A DNA stretch of 64,000 nucleotides from an uncultured Candidatus Saccharibacteria bacterium (GTDB lineage: Bacteria > Patescibacteriota > Saccharimonadia > Saccharimonadales > JBBQAJ01). The notes below the pieces were generated by a model. The model was given only the letters and a program-made list of their open reading frames with translations. It made no database searches and was not told the DNA's origin. Made by a program: the position numbers and the translations under genes. The stretch is taken from positions 321,516 to 385,515 of the forward strand of contig CAZQHP010000001.1 of NCBI GenBank assembly GCA_964593805.1, given 5' to 3'. This document shows, in pieces, positions 46,394 to 55,381 of this stretch (the stretch's first letter is position 1; each line of letters opens with the position of its first letter).

Positions 46394-48838
46394 ATGCAGC
46401 GATATAATCCCAAAGACATCGAGCCCAAATGGCAAAAGCTGTGGGAAGAGTCCGGAATCTACAAGGCTTCGGAAGATTCCGCCAAGCCAAAGAAGTATAT
46501 CCTGGAGTATTTCCCGTATCCCAGCGGCGCCGCCATGCACGTTGGCCATGTGCGCAACTACACCATAGGCGACGCTATAAGCCGCTTCAAGCGCATGCAA
46601 GGTTACAACGTGCTACACCCAATGGGCTGGGACGCTTTTGGCTTGCCGGCGGAAAACTACGCTATCAAATCCGGTGTCACTCCACGCAAAGCGGTAGATG
46701 AAAACACCGCCAAATTCAAACGCCAGCTCATGCAGATGGGCTTTAGTTATGATTGGTCGCGGGAAATTGACAGCACCGACCCAGATTATTATAAGTGGAC
46801 GCAATGGTTTTTCTTACTGCTGTTCAAACGCGGCTTGGCCTATCAGCAAGAAAGCCTACAGTGGTGGTGTCCAGTAGACAAAACTGTGCTAGCCAACGAA
46901 CAGGTAGAAAACGGCAAATGCTGGCGTTGCGGCAACGAAGTCGAGAAAAAGGCATTGAAGCAATGGTTTTTCAAAATCACCGAATACGCCGATAGGTTGC
47001 TTGAAGATTTGGAAGACCTAGACTGGTCAGAAGGCATCAAAGCCATGCAGCGCAACTGGATAGGCAAAAGCAAAGGCGCCGAGGTAGATTTTGCAATAGA
47101 CGGGCACAAGGATAAAATCCGTGTTTTTACTACCCGGCCGGACACGCTGTTTGGGGCAACTTTCATGGTACTGGCTCCAGAGCATCCGCTAGTCAGTAAG
47201 TTGACTGTAGAGAGTGAAAAGTCAAAAGTCGAAAATTACGTAAAAGCGGCTGAAGCAAAAAGCGATATTGAGCGCCAAGAAACCGACCGCGAAAAAACCG
47301 GTGTTTTTACTGGAGCCTACGCCCTAAACCCAGTGAATGGTGAGAAAATACCGGTCTGGATAGCAGACTACGTTCTCTATGGTTATGGCACCGGCGCAAT
47401 TATGGCCGTACCGGCGCACGATGAGCGTGACTGGGAATTTGCCAAGAAATTTGACCTGCCTATTGTGCCCGTTTTCGACCAGCAGGGTGCCGACCCTGAC
47501 AAAGTCTACACCGGTGAAGGGGTGATGAAAAATTCCGGTGCCTATGACGGAAAAAGTACATCCGATGCCCGCGAGCAGATTGTCGCCGACCTTGCCAAAA
47601 AGAACTTGGCGGAAGAAAAAGTGAACTATAAAATCCGTGACTGGCTGATTAGCCGACAGCGTTATTGGGGAGCACCAATTCCAATTATTCACTGCCCAAA
47701 AGACGGCGCAGTGGCCGTGCCCGAAAAAGATTTGCCAGTGATATTGCCGGAACTAAAAAGTTTTGAACCCAGCGGCGATGGCCGCAGCCCGCTGGCCAAC
47801 GTGCCGGAGTTTGTAAACACCACTTGCCCCAAGTGCGGCGGCAAAGCCCAGCGCGAAACTGACACCATGGACGGCTTTGCCTGCAGCAGCTGGTATTTCC
47901 TGCGATTTGCCGATCCCCATAATTCTCAAAAACCATTTGACCGTGAGCTTGCCGAACGGTGGCTGCCAGTTGACGACTACATTGGCGGCGCCGAACATGC
48001 CGTCATGCACCTCTTGTACGCCCGTTTCTGGACCAAAGTCATGTATGACGAAGGCATGATAACCTTTCAAGAACCATTCAAAACTTTGCGCAACCAAGGC
48101 ATGATACTGGCGCCAGACGGCCAGAAAATGAGCAAAAGCAAAGGCAACACCATAGAACCAGACAGCATAATTGACCAAGGCTATGGGGCGGATAGTATCC
48201 GGATTATGGAGTTGTTTATCGGTCCCTGGAACCAATCAGCCAACTGGAGCGTAGAAGGCATGGGCGGCTCTTTCAGATTTCTGCAAAGAGTCTGGACCAT
48301 CTGCCAAGAATTTTTGGACATGCAAGAAGGCAAAGGTGACGCCGGTGCCGAAAAAGAACTAGAAAAAATCATGGCGGTCACCGCCAAAAAGGTGACCGAA
48401 GACTTAAATGAACTTGGTTTCAACACCGCCATTGCGGCTTTGATGGAGTGCGTAAATGACCTGTATAAACTCAAAGCCTCACACGTGCTGTGCCAAAAAT
48501 CTGACTGGCAAAAGGCCTTGACCACTCTAGTTCAGCTTTTAGCGCCTTTTGCTCCGCATATTGCCGAGGAGCTGTGGCAGCAGCTCGGACAAAAAGGTTC
48601 AGTGCACACTAGTGACTGGCCGAAGTGGGACGAGGCATTGTTGGTAAATGACACTATAAATATCGTCGTGCAGGTAAACGGTAAAGTCCGCGCAAATATA
48701 ACCGTTGCGGCTAATGCCAGCGAGGCTGAGGTTAGCAAAACGGCTCAATCTGACAAAAAAGTTGCCAGTCATCTGGCGGAGCAAAAAATCAAAAAAACCA
48801 TCTACATCCCCGGCAGATTAGTTAACTTTGTGGTCTAG
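46394..48838 (+). CDS. leuS: leucine--tRNA ligase
   Basis: HVGHVRNY (HIGH), KMSKSKGN, CP1 editing domain. The ATG at 46394 gives the canonical N-terminus MQRYNPKDIEPKWQK. Confidence 0.9.
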   Translation: MQRYNPKDIEPKWQKLWEESGIYKASEDSAKPKKYILEYFPYPSGAAMHVGHVRNYTIGDAISRFKRMQGYNVLHPMGWDAFGLPAENYAIKSGVTPRKAVDENTAKFKRQLMQMGFSYDWSREIDSTDPDYYKWTQWFFLLLFKRGLAYQQESLQWWCPVDKTVLANEQVENGKCWRCGNEVEKKALKQWFFKITEYADRLLEDLEDLDWSEGIKAMQRNWIGKSKGAEVDFAIDGHKDKIRVFTTRPDTLFGATFMVLAPEHPLVSKLTVESEKSKVENYVKAAEAKSDIERQETDREKTGVFTGAYALNPVNGEKIPVWIADYVLYGYGTGAIMAVPAHDERDWEFAKKFDLPIVPVFDQQGADPDKVYTGEGVMKNSGAYDGKSTSDAREQIVADLAKKNLAEEKVNYKIRDWLISRQRYWGAPIPIIHCPKDGAVAVPEKDLPVILPELKSFEPSGDGRSPLANVPEFVNTTCPKCGGKAQRETDTMDGFACSSWYFLRFADPHNSQKPFDRELAERWLPVDDYIGGAEHAVMHLLYARFWTKVMYDEGMITFQEPFKTLRNQGMILAPDGQKMSKSKGNTIEPDSIIDQGYGADSIRIMELFIGPWNQSANWSVEGMGGSFRFLQRVWTICQEFLDMQEGKGDAGAEKELEKIMAVTAKKVTEDLNELGFNTAIAALMECVNDLYKLKASHVLCQKSDWQKALTTLVQLLAPFAPHIAEELWQQLGQKGSVHTSDWPKWDEALLVNDTINIVVQVNGKVRANITVAANASEAEVSKTAQSDKKVASHLAEQKIKKTIYIPGRLVNFVV

Positions 48839-48881
48839 CCTCTTGCCACAACACCCAACGTATATAAAAATATATGAACCT

Positions 48882-48915
48882 TTCTAAAATTCACGCTATA
48901 GCGTGAATTTTAGAA
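48882..48915. repeat. 34-bp perfect palindrome (17-bp inverted repeat, no spacer)
   Basis: TTCTAAAATTCACGCTA|TAGCGTGAATTTTAGAA. Lies 44 nt after the leuS stop and immediately upstream of a TATAAT box for rpmF. Confidence 0.6.
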
Positions 48916-49014
48916 CAGCTATAATGAGTAGCAGTGGAAGCTTGAGTTTTGGGATGTTTTCGGCTAGAATATATCCAAGATTCATCAGTAATAATTCAAG
49001 GAGATCTTTTTTTT

Positions 49015-49224
49015 ATGGGTAAACCCAAAAAACGAACATCTGCCCGCCGTACCGGCAGCCGCCGCAGCCATCTGGTTCTCAAACTGGCCAGGGCCGTGAA
49101 CGGCAAAAGCCCGGTCAAAGTATTTACAACCCGCAAAGAGGCAGGCAAGGCATTGAGCAGCATCGTTAAGCCAGCCAAAAAGACCGCTCCAAAAGTTCAA
49201 GCTAAAGCTGCAAAAGTCTCTTAG
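49015..49224 (+). CDS. rpmF: 50S ribosomal protein L32 (probable)
   Basis: AAGGAGA RBS 10 nt upstream. N-terminus MGKPKKRTSARRTGSRRSH matches the L32 PKRRTS...RR.H signature. 69 aa. Confidence 0.6.
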   Translation: MGKPKKRTSARRTGSRRSHLVLKLARAVNGKSPVKVFTTRKEAGKALSSIVKPAKKTAPKVQAKAAKVS

Positions 49225-49271
49225 TTGACCGCCGCAGGGCGTATACTAGGACTATAAACGGAATTTAACAA

Positions 49272-49742
49272 ATGAGTGCCAATAGACACCTCGGCCGAAT
49301 CATCGCACTGCAGACGCTTTACGAGCAGGATTTTCGGCTTGAGTGCGGCGATACAAACTTTGATCTTCTGGAAGTGCTGGAACGCAACATTGAGCGTTAT
49401 CACGAAACGGTAGACGACAGAAGTTTCATAACGGCGCTCGTCCAAGGCGTCACCAAATACGCCAGTAAGATTGACGATAGTCTCCAGCCGCTGGCACCAG
49501 AATGGCCTATTTCCCAGATTGCCCGCATGGACCGTATGGTACTCCGGATTGGCGCTTACGAATTGGTTTATGCCAAAGATATTCCGCCAAAAGTAGTAAT
49601 AAACGAAGCAGTAGAGCTGGCCAAAGCCTTTGGCGGCGACAATTCTTCCAAATTCATCAACGGCGTGCTCGGTACGCTCCTAAAACAAATCGAAGCCAAG
49701 CAACCTCCAAAGCCCAAACCCAGGAAAGCCAGTAAGAAATAA
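49272..49742 (+). CDS. nusB: transcription antitermination factor NusB
   Basis: [14 protein letters not shown]-terminal NusB signature. Basic C-tail. Confidence 0.8.
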   Translation: MSANRHLGRIIALQTLYEQDFRLECGDTNFDLLEVLERNIERYHETVDDRSFITALVQGVTKYASKIDDSLQPLAPEWPISQIARMDRMVLRIGAYELVYAKDIPPKVVINEAVELAKAFGGDNSSKFINGVLGTLLKQIEAKQPPKPKPRKASKK

Positions 49743-49744
49743 TC

Positions 49745-50239
49745 ATGCAACGACCCAAACCAATCCAAGGATTTAAAAAATTTGTCACTAGCCGCAAACC
49801 GGCTATCAACGAAGTCGTGCGCGAACCAACCGCCGGCGGCGTGATTTTTCGCCACAACGCGCGGAAAGAGATTGAAATTCTTCTGATTCAAGACGCCAAA
49901 GACCGCTGGACCATACCAAAGGGCCACATAGAAGAAGGCGAAACCGCCAAAGAAACCGCCGAACGCGAAATTCGCGAAGAAACCGGCTTGCAACAGATGA
50001 AAGTTTTGAACTGGTTGGGCAAAATCCATTTCCGCTACCGCCGTGCTACCAGTCTGGTGCTTATGACCACGGAAATATTTCTGGTCAAAGCCCAGGGCAA
50101 CACAGACAAGCTCAAGCCCGAAGACTGGATGAACGGTATCAAATGGTTTACCGCCGCCGAAGCGCTGGACAAAATTGAATACGACGATATCGGCAAACTC
50201 ATACTGCTGGCCATGAAAAAAATACGAGAGCACAAATAA
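49745..50239 (+). CDS. NUDIX hydrolase
   Basis: Nudix box GHIEEGETAKETAEREIREETGL. Confidence 0.8.
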   Translation: MQRPKPIQGFKKFVTSRKPAINEVVREPTAGGVIFRHNARKEIEILLIQDAKDRWTIPKGHIEEGETAKETAEREIREETGLQQMKVLNWLGKIHFRYRRATSLVLMTTEIFLVKAQGNTDKLKPEDWMNGIKWFTAAEALDKIEYDDIGKLILLAMKKIREHK

Positions 50240-50240
50240 C

Positions 50241-50936
50241 ATGCAAGACCTTAATTCCTACCAAAAATTTGCCGCCGAAACCCTAGGAGTTGCTTTTAAA
50301 GACATCAATCTGCTGCTGATGGCTTTCACGCACCGCTCGTACGTAAATGAGCACAAAAAAACAACCCACGAGCACAACGAACGCCTGGAATTTTTGGGTG
50401 ATGCCGTGCTAGAGCTGGTATCTACCGAATACCTCTACGCCAACCACAGCGAACCAGAAGGGATTCTGACCAACTGGCGCAGCGCGCTGGTACGCACCGA
50501 AAGCATCGGTGCCGCCGCCGCCCGCTGCGGGTTTGAGCCGTATTTGCGCTTGAGCCGGGGGGAAAAACGTGGTTCAGACCGCGCCCGCGCCCAGATTTTG
50601 GCCAATTCATACGAAGCTGTAGTGGGCGCTATATATCTGGACCAAGGCTACGAAGCCGCCAAGGAATTTATCCATCGGACGCTCCTGGTTACGTTTAAAA
50701 CCATTTTGGAAACAGGCTCCTGGCAAGATCCCAAAAGCAGTCTGCAAGAACTGGCCCAAAGCCGCGATGGCTTTACTCCCGCCTACAAAGTTATTAGTGA
50801 AATAGGTCCCGACCACGACAAAATCTTTACCGTCGGCGCCTACATAGACGGCCAACTAAAAGGCCAGGGCACCGGCCCCAGCAAACAAGCCGCCCAGGTA
50901 GCCGCCGCCGAAGCCACCCTCAAAACCTACCAATAA
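50241..50936 (+). CDS. rnc: ribonuclease III
   Basis: ERLEFLGDAVLELV catalytic signature plus C-terminal dsRBD. Confidence 0.9.
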   Translation: MQDLNSYQKFAAETLGVAFKDINLLLMAFTHRSYVNEHKKTTHEHNERLEFLGDAVLELVSTEYLYANHSEPEGILTNWRSALVRTESIGAAAARCGFEPYLRLSRGEKRGSDRARAQILANSYEAVVGAIYLDQGYEAAKEFIHRTLLVTFKTILETGSWQDPKSSLQELAQSRDGFTPAYKVISEIGPDHDKIFTVGAYIDGQLKGQGTGPSKQAAQVAAAEATLKTYQ

Positions 50937-51032
50937 TCTGGATTAAGTCATCAGTAGCAATCCGACGAAAGCAGAGAGAGTGAGCGCTAATAGACATTGA
51001 CAATATGGGCTTAGTATAGTAAAATAAGGTTT

Positions 51033-51401
51033 ATGTGGAAATTTTTTGGCCGCGGGCACAACAACCCTAAACTACACGAATTAGAGCCTGGCAGTGAAGC
51101 CGGCGCACTTGCCAATGCCCTTGGATATGATGACGAGAAAGATATGCATCGGAATATCATCTCGATTGGTGGTGAAGCAGGAGCTTTAGTTGTTGCACGG
51201 ACGGTTACGCAAGAAGAATGTGAATGGCTCCATGAAGATGTTCAAGCCGGGGAGCTAGTATACCGGTTTGTTTTAGCAACATATGGAGTATGCAACTTAG
51301 ATGACGGTATACCTGTTAGTCGTCAGCCAAACGAATATCCGTTCTTTGAACTTCCACGCGACTCTCTTGTTGGCGAAGTAGATTATACTCAAGAAGCCTA
51401 A
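51033..51401 (+). CDS. hypothetical protein (lower GC than neighbours)
   Basis: 122-aa non-repetitive ORF preceded by a TATAGT box. AT-richer by eye than flanking genes. Confidence 0.45.
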   Translation: MWKFFGRGHNNPKLHELEPGSEAGALANALGYDDEKDMHRNIISIGGEAGALVVARTVTQEECEWLHEDVQAGELVYRFVLATYGVCNLDDGIPVSRQPNEYPFFELPRDSLVGEVDYTQEA

Positions 51402-51443
51402 GGTACAAACCTACTACTCATTCAGTAGAGCAAACAGATATTT

Positions 51444-51479
51444 GCCCCTGTTGACAACAGGGGCGGTTATCTGTAGAAT
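51444..51479 (+). promoter_or_regulatory. near-consensus sigma70 promoter of rpsP with -35 box inside a 21-bp palindrome
   Basis: TTGACA (51451-51456), 17-bp spacer, TAGAAT (51474-51479). GCCCCTGTTG-A-CAACAGGGGC is a perfect 10-bp inverted repeat centred on the -35. Confidence 0.55.
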
Positions 51480-51521
51480 AAGCATCTGTACATTAATTCA
51501 TTAAGAAGGGATTAAGCAATC

Positions 51522-52073
51522 ATGCTTGTAATTCGTATGCAGCGTACCGGCCGCAAAGGCCACGCTCAATTCCGCGTCGTAGTCCAAGACTCGCGCCGGA
51601 CCCCAACCAGTGGAAAGATTGTGGCAGCACTGGGCCACTTCAATCCACACACCAAGGAAACAGTTATAAACAAAGAAAAGGCCAGCTTTTTTCTGGAACA
51701 TGGCGCCCAGCCATCTGAGCGAGTTATTCGTTTGCTTAAAAGTGAAGGCGTGAAAATGCCCAAATGGGTAGCCGTACCAGACAAGAAAAAGGGCGATGTA
51801 CGCAATCCAGAAAAACGCCGCAGCACCCGCCCAGCAGAAGCTACTGCGCCAGTAGAGGCTGCCCCTGAAGCCCCAATTGCAGAAACCGAAGCCGAAACTT
51901 CAACAGAAGACGTAGCTGATACGGAAGCTGAAACAACTGTTGCTGACGCCGAAGCTCCTGCTACCGAATCGGAAGCGCCTGCCGAAGAAGTCGTTGCAGA
52001 CGCACCAGCAGAGCCTGCAGCTGAGAAAGTTGCCGAAGAGCCCGCCCCCGAAGCTGAAACAGAAAAAGCCTAA
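51522..52073 (+). CDS. rpsP: 30S ribosomal protein S16 with acidic Ala/Glu-rich C-terminal extension
   Basis: MLVIRMQRTGRKGHAQFRVVV S16 signature. About 90-aa E/A/P/T-rich tail. Confidence 0.85.
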   Translation: MLVIRMQRTGRKGHAQFRVVVQDSRRTPTSGKIVAALGHFNPHTKETVINKEKASFFLEHGAQPSERVIRLLKSEGVKMPKWVAVPDKKKGDVRNPEKRRSTRPAEATAPVEAAPEAPIAETEAETSTEDVADTEAETTVADAEAPATESEAPAEEVVADAPAEPAAEKVAEEPAPEAETEKA

Positions 52074-52155
52074 GCGCCACGCAATTCTCTACCACCAACC
52101 GTGAGCAATTTGATATAATTAGAAACGACTAGAGACATTAACCGGAGGAAAATCC

Positions 52156-52650
52156 ATGAACAGCAGTATTGACCAGCAATTTATAGAATTCGTTGTCAAA
52201 TCCCTCGTCAACAATCCAGATGATGTCAGCATCGCCCGTACAATTGACGAAAAGGGCGTGTTGCTAGAACTAACCGTAAACCCAGAAGATTTAGGACGTG
52301 TCATTGGCAAACGAGGTGCCACTGCCCAGAGTTTGCGAACTTTATTGCGAGCTCTTGGTACCAAAAACGACGCCCGTTACAACCTGAAAATTGTGGACAA
52401 CGGCGAACCGCGCCCACAGCGCGAAGATAATCGCCCCGTAGCCAGCAGCGCTTCAGACGACGACCAGAGTATTGCTTCAGACGACACAACTGCCTCAGAA
52501 GATACAACCGAAGAAACGCACGAAAAGCAGGATGCTTCTAAGCAGCCAGTGGAAACCGTAGCGGACGCTTCACAAGAAGAAACAGACCACAGCGACGCGG
52601 TTAGCAAAACCCGCGCCGAGCTTGCGGACCTGGACGACCTTGATATATAA
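52156..52650 (+). CDS. khpA: KH-domain RNA-binding protein (KhpA/YlqC-like) with acidic tail
   Basis: KH GxxG loop VIGKRGATAQSL. Canonical position after rpsP. Confidence 0.7.
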   Translation: MNSSIDQQFIEFVVKSLVNNPDDVSIARTIDEKGVLLELTVNPEDLGRVIGKRGATAQSLRTLLRALGTKNDARYNLKIVDNGEPRPQREDNRPVASSASDDDQSIASDDTTASEDTTEETHEKQDASKQPVETVADASQEETDHSDAVSKTRAELADLDDLDI

Positions 52651-52757
52651 TTAGCGAGTTAGAAACAAACAATTTAAAAGCTCTGCGAGACATTTCCGTT
52701 AAGATCAAGTGGGCCTGCCCACCGAAGCCTTGGCGAAGGTGGGAGCTTTATGTGATA

Positions 52758-52788
52758 AAACGAACCGAGCAATCGGTTCGTTTTATTT
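52758..52788. terminator. bidirectional rho-independent terminator
   Basis: AAACGAACCG-AGCAAT-CGGTTCGTTT perfect 9-10 bp stem flanked by A-run and T-run. Sits between the convergent KH gene (+) and the 52812-53210 gene (-). Confidence 0.55.
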
Positions 52789-52811
52789 AAGCTATATAAA
52801 AAGCGGAGCAG

Positions 52812-53210
52812 TTAAACGACGGAACTTACTTCTACGTCTACTGCATCAAGCACAGCTACTAAAAAGCCTGCTACGCGAGCACCCTTTATTTCGCGAGTAA
52901 ATCCGCCGCCGTTTGGCCCAATTACGTCAATAGCCGTATACTCAAGCTCTCCATCAGCGTTGAATATAACCTGCATCCCCATACTTGAGACAATGTTTCT
53001 ACTTTGGCTAACATCGCCACTTTCTCTGTCTTCTATCGTTATAGTAAGTCCTTTTCGATCTTTGACAATAGCCAGACACCCCAAGTCCGCCCGTAAAGGG
53101 CTGCCAGTATTTATAAAGTCACTGTGCTCCGCAAGTGGAACATGTGCATCTAAAACCTCGTTAGCACGAGTTTGTAGTTCATGGGCAGCTATATCTTTAT
53201 CAAAAGGCAT
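52812..53210 (-). CDS. hypothetical protein (132 aa), opposite strand within the rpsP-trmD region, low GC
   Basis: ATG at 53210 with AGGAG 5 nt upstream. Occupies the position where rimM normally lies. Confidence 0.5.
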   Translation of the reverse strand: MPFDKDIAAHELQTRANEVLDAHVPLAEHSDFINTGSPLRADLGCLAIVKDRKGLTITIEDRESGDVSQSRNIVSSMGMQVIFNADGELEYTAIDVIGPNGGGFTREIKGARVAGFLVAVLDAVDVEVSSVV

Positions 53211-53264
53211 AAAGACTCCTATTAATTTGTACATAATACCACAAAATGCTAAACTAGGCAATAC

Positions 53265-53915
53265 ATGTTAATTCAAATTATTTCACTGTTTCCAGAGATG
53301 TTTCCGCCCGTGCTGGAAACCAGCATGCTGTGGAAGGCCAAAGACAAGGGAATTGTAGAGTACCACTACATAAATCTGCGGGATTTTGGGCTGGGCAAGC
53401 GCAAAACCGTGGATGACACGCCTTATGGCGGCGGCGACGGCATGTTGCTCAAACCGGAACCGCTAGTTGCTGCCATTGAACTGGCCAAAGCTAACGACCC
53501 CGAAGCGATTGTAATTCTTCCTACGCCGCGCGGGAAATTGTACAAACAGTCTGACGCCAAACAGCTGGCGGCCGACAGCAAAGGACTTATTCTGGTCTGT
53601 GCCCGCTACGAAGGCTACGATGAGCGGGTTACAAAATGGGTTGACCAACAGTATTGCATTGGCAACTACGTGCTGACAGGCGGGGAACTGCCCGCCATGG
53701 CCATTATAGACAGCGTGGTGCGCTTGCTTCCGGGCGTTTTGGGCGGAGAAGCGTCGGCAGAAATTGAATCTTTCCAGCAAGATGACAAAACCGTAGAATT
53801 CCCCCAATACACCCGCCCGGAAAATTTCCGCGGCATGAAAGTGCCAGATGTGCTGCTAAACGGCCACCACGCCGAAATAGCCAAATGGCGCAAAGAAAAC
53901 GGTAAAAAGCTGTGA
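53265..53915 (+). CDS. trmD: tRNA (guanine37-N1)-methyltransferase
   Basis: IISLFPEMF N-terminus, SPOUT knot motifs (VLTGGELPAMAIIDS). Confidence 0.9.
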   Translation: MLIQIISLFPEMFPPVLETSMLWKAKDKGIVEYHYINLRDFGLGKRKTVDDTPYGGGDGMLLKPEPLVAAIELAKANDPEAIVILPTPRGKLYKQSDAKQLAADSKGLILVCARYEGYDERVTKWVDQQYCIGNYVLTGGELPAMAIIDSVVRLLPGVLGGEASAEIESFQQDDKTVEFPQYTRPENFRGMKVPDVLLNGHHAEIAKWRKENGKKL

Positions 53916-54673
53916 GTTTGTATTCTTCAGAAGAAGCATTGCAAGAAGTTGCACAACAAGAGCGGGAATTACTGGATAAAACAGATCTTTTACAGCCACT
54001 GCGCCCACAGGAATGCTGGGCTGGCCGCTTGATCTTGCGCCAGAGTGCCCTAACCACTCCGGCTTTGGGTAATTTTCCAGCTGACTCGCGATATATTCCA
54101 GGCAACGGAAATGTCGAAATAACTTATGATGCACTTACTGTAGACGGTCTGGTCACTCATTATACTGAAGGTGATGATCGGGTTGAAGACTTGATTCAAC
54201 GTGCCTACATAGGTGCCGGATTGGCCAGAATGTTGTTTTTAACTCAAGGTGCCGCAATGGCCCCTAGGCGCAAATTGGGAAAATTTATGAAAGTTATGTC
54301 AGAAGAAGATAAGTTGGCGGGAAGGCTCTATGAAACATTGGATCTTCAGCCCGGAGAAGGCGTGCTACGCAAGCTTATCAATGATGCAGATGCCGCAGCA
54401 CAGATAAATGGTTTAAGATTATCGCTCGGCATATGGAAGGAAGCCCATGGTGATGACGAATATGCCAAAGGGCTAGAAGCTGTTTTCCGAAATAGCCTAA
54501 CAAATCGTTTGGCTAGTAAGCCTCAGTATGTGCAATTTGCTACCAAAATTTTCAAAGTAGACGATGTAGGAGCAGAAGATACGTTTGCCGAGTATATTGC
54601 CGATATACAAATTGCCGGAGCGTGTCCAATGGGCCGAGAAGAACTTGAACAGGCAATAGCTCTGCTGACGTAG
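53912..54673 (+). CDS. hypothetical protein (253 aa), low GC
   Basis: GTG start overlapping the trmD stop (GTGA). No recognisable motif. Occupies the position where rplS usually lies. Confidence 0.5.
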   Translation: MSLYSSEEALQEVAQQERELLDKTDLLQPLRPQECWAGRLILRQSALTTPALGNFPADSRYIPGNGNVEITYDALTVDGLVTHYTEGDDRVEDLIQRAYIGAGLARMLFLTQGAAMAPRRKLGKFMKVMSEEDKLAGRLYETLDLQPGEGVLRKLINDADAAAQINGLRLSLGIWKEAHGDDEYAKGLEAVFRNSLTNRLASKPQYVQFATKIFKVDDVGAEDTFAEYIADIQIAGACPMGREELEQAIALLT

Positions 54674-54710
54674 TAAGATATACTAGTAAGTATCTGAAAA
54701 GGAGGGTTTC

Positions 54711-55088
54711 ATGTTCAAGATTAAACCGGTTTACGCACATTGTGATTTGCCTTGCGGGGTGTATGACCCGGCGCAGGCCAAGATTGAAGCTCAGAGCGTG
54801 CTAGCGATTCAAGAAAAGATGAAAGACTTTGACAATGATAATCGCGTCAGAGCCATACTTATAAAAGAACAGCGGGCAGAGCTGGTAAAACACCACCTGT
54901 GGGTACTGTGGACGGATTATTTCAAACCAGAACACCTAGAAAAATACCCGGATTTGCATGACAAATTCTGGCAGGCCACCAAGCAGGCCGGCGAATGCAA
55001 GCACCACTCTGAACCGGCCGAAGGCAAAAAACTACTGGCAATGATAGATGAAATATCAGAAATCTTCTGGGCCACCAAGAAAGCTTAA
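54711..55088 (+). CDS. sodN: nickel-containing superoxide dismutase precursor
   Basis: Pro-peptide MFKIKPVYA followed by the Ni-hook HCDLPCGVYDPA, four-helix-bundle length of about 117 aa. Strong GGAGGG RBS. Confidence 0.85.
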   Translation: MFKIKPVYAHCDLPCGVYDPAQAKIEAQSVLAIQEKMKDFDNDNRVRAILIKEQRAELVKHHLWVLWTDYFKPEHLEKYPDLHDKFWQATKQAGECKHHSEPAEGKKLLAMIDEISEIFWATKKA

Positions 55089-55089
55089 G

Positions 55090-55380
55090 ATGCCAATATT
55101 GATCAGACGTGTCGTTGGGCATAGCATGGTGCCGGTTTTACCGCCAAAAACATTAGTGTTTGGTTTTCGTCATTTCCGAAATCTCCAACCAGGCAATGTG
55201 GTTGTGGTGAACCACAATGGCAAAGAAAAAATTAAACGGATAAGCGAACTCAAAGACAATCAGATATTTCTGCTGGGCGATCACCCGGAAACCAGCACCG
55301 ATAGCCGGCACTTTGGCTGGCTGCCAGTAGCCGTAGTAAAAGCCAAAATTATCTGGCCGCGCACCAAACTAGGGAGCTAG
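55090..55380 (+). CDS. sodX: S26-family signal-peptidase-like Ni-SOD maturation protease
   Basis: SPase I box B GHSMVP and box E GDHPETSTDSRHFG. Immediately downstream of sodN. Confidence 0.75.
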   Translation: MPILIRRVVGHSMVPVLPPKTLVFGFRHFRNLQPGNVVVVNHNGKEKIKRISELKDNQIFLLGDHPETSTDSRHFGWLPVAVVKAKIIWPRTKLGS

Positions 55381-55381
55381 T

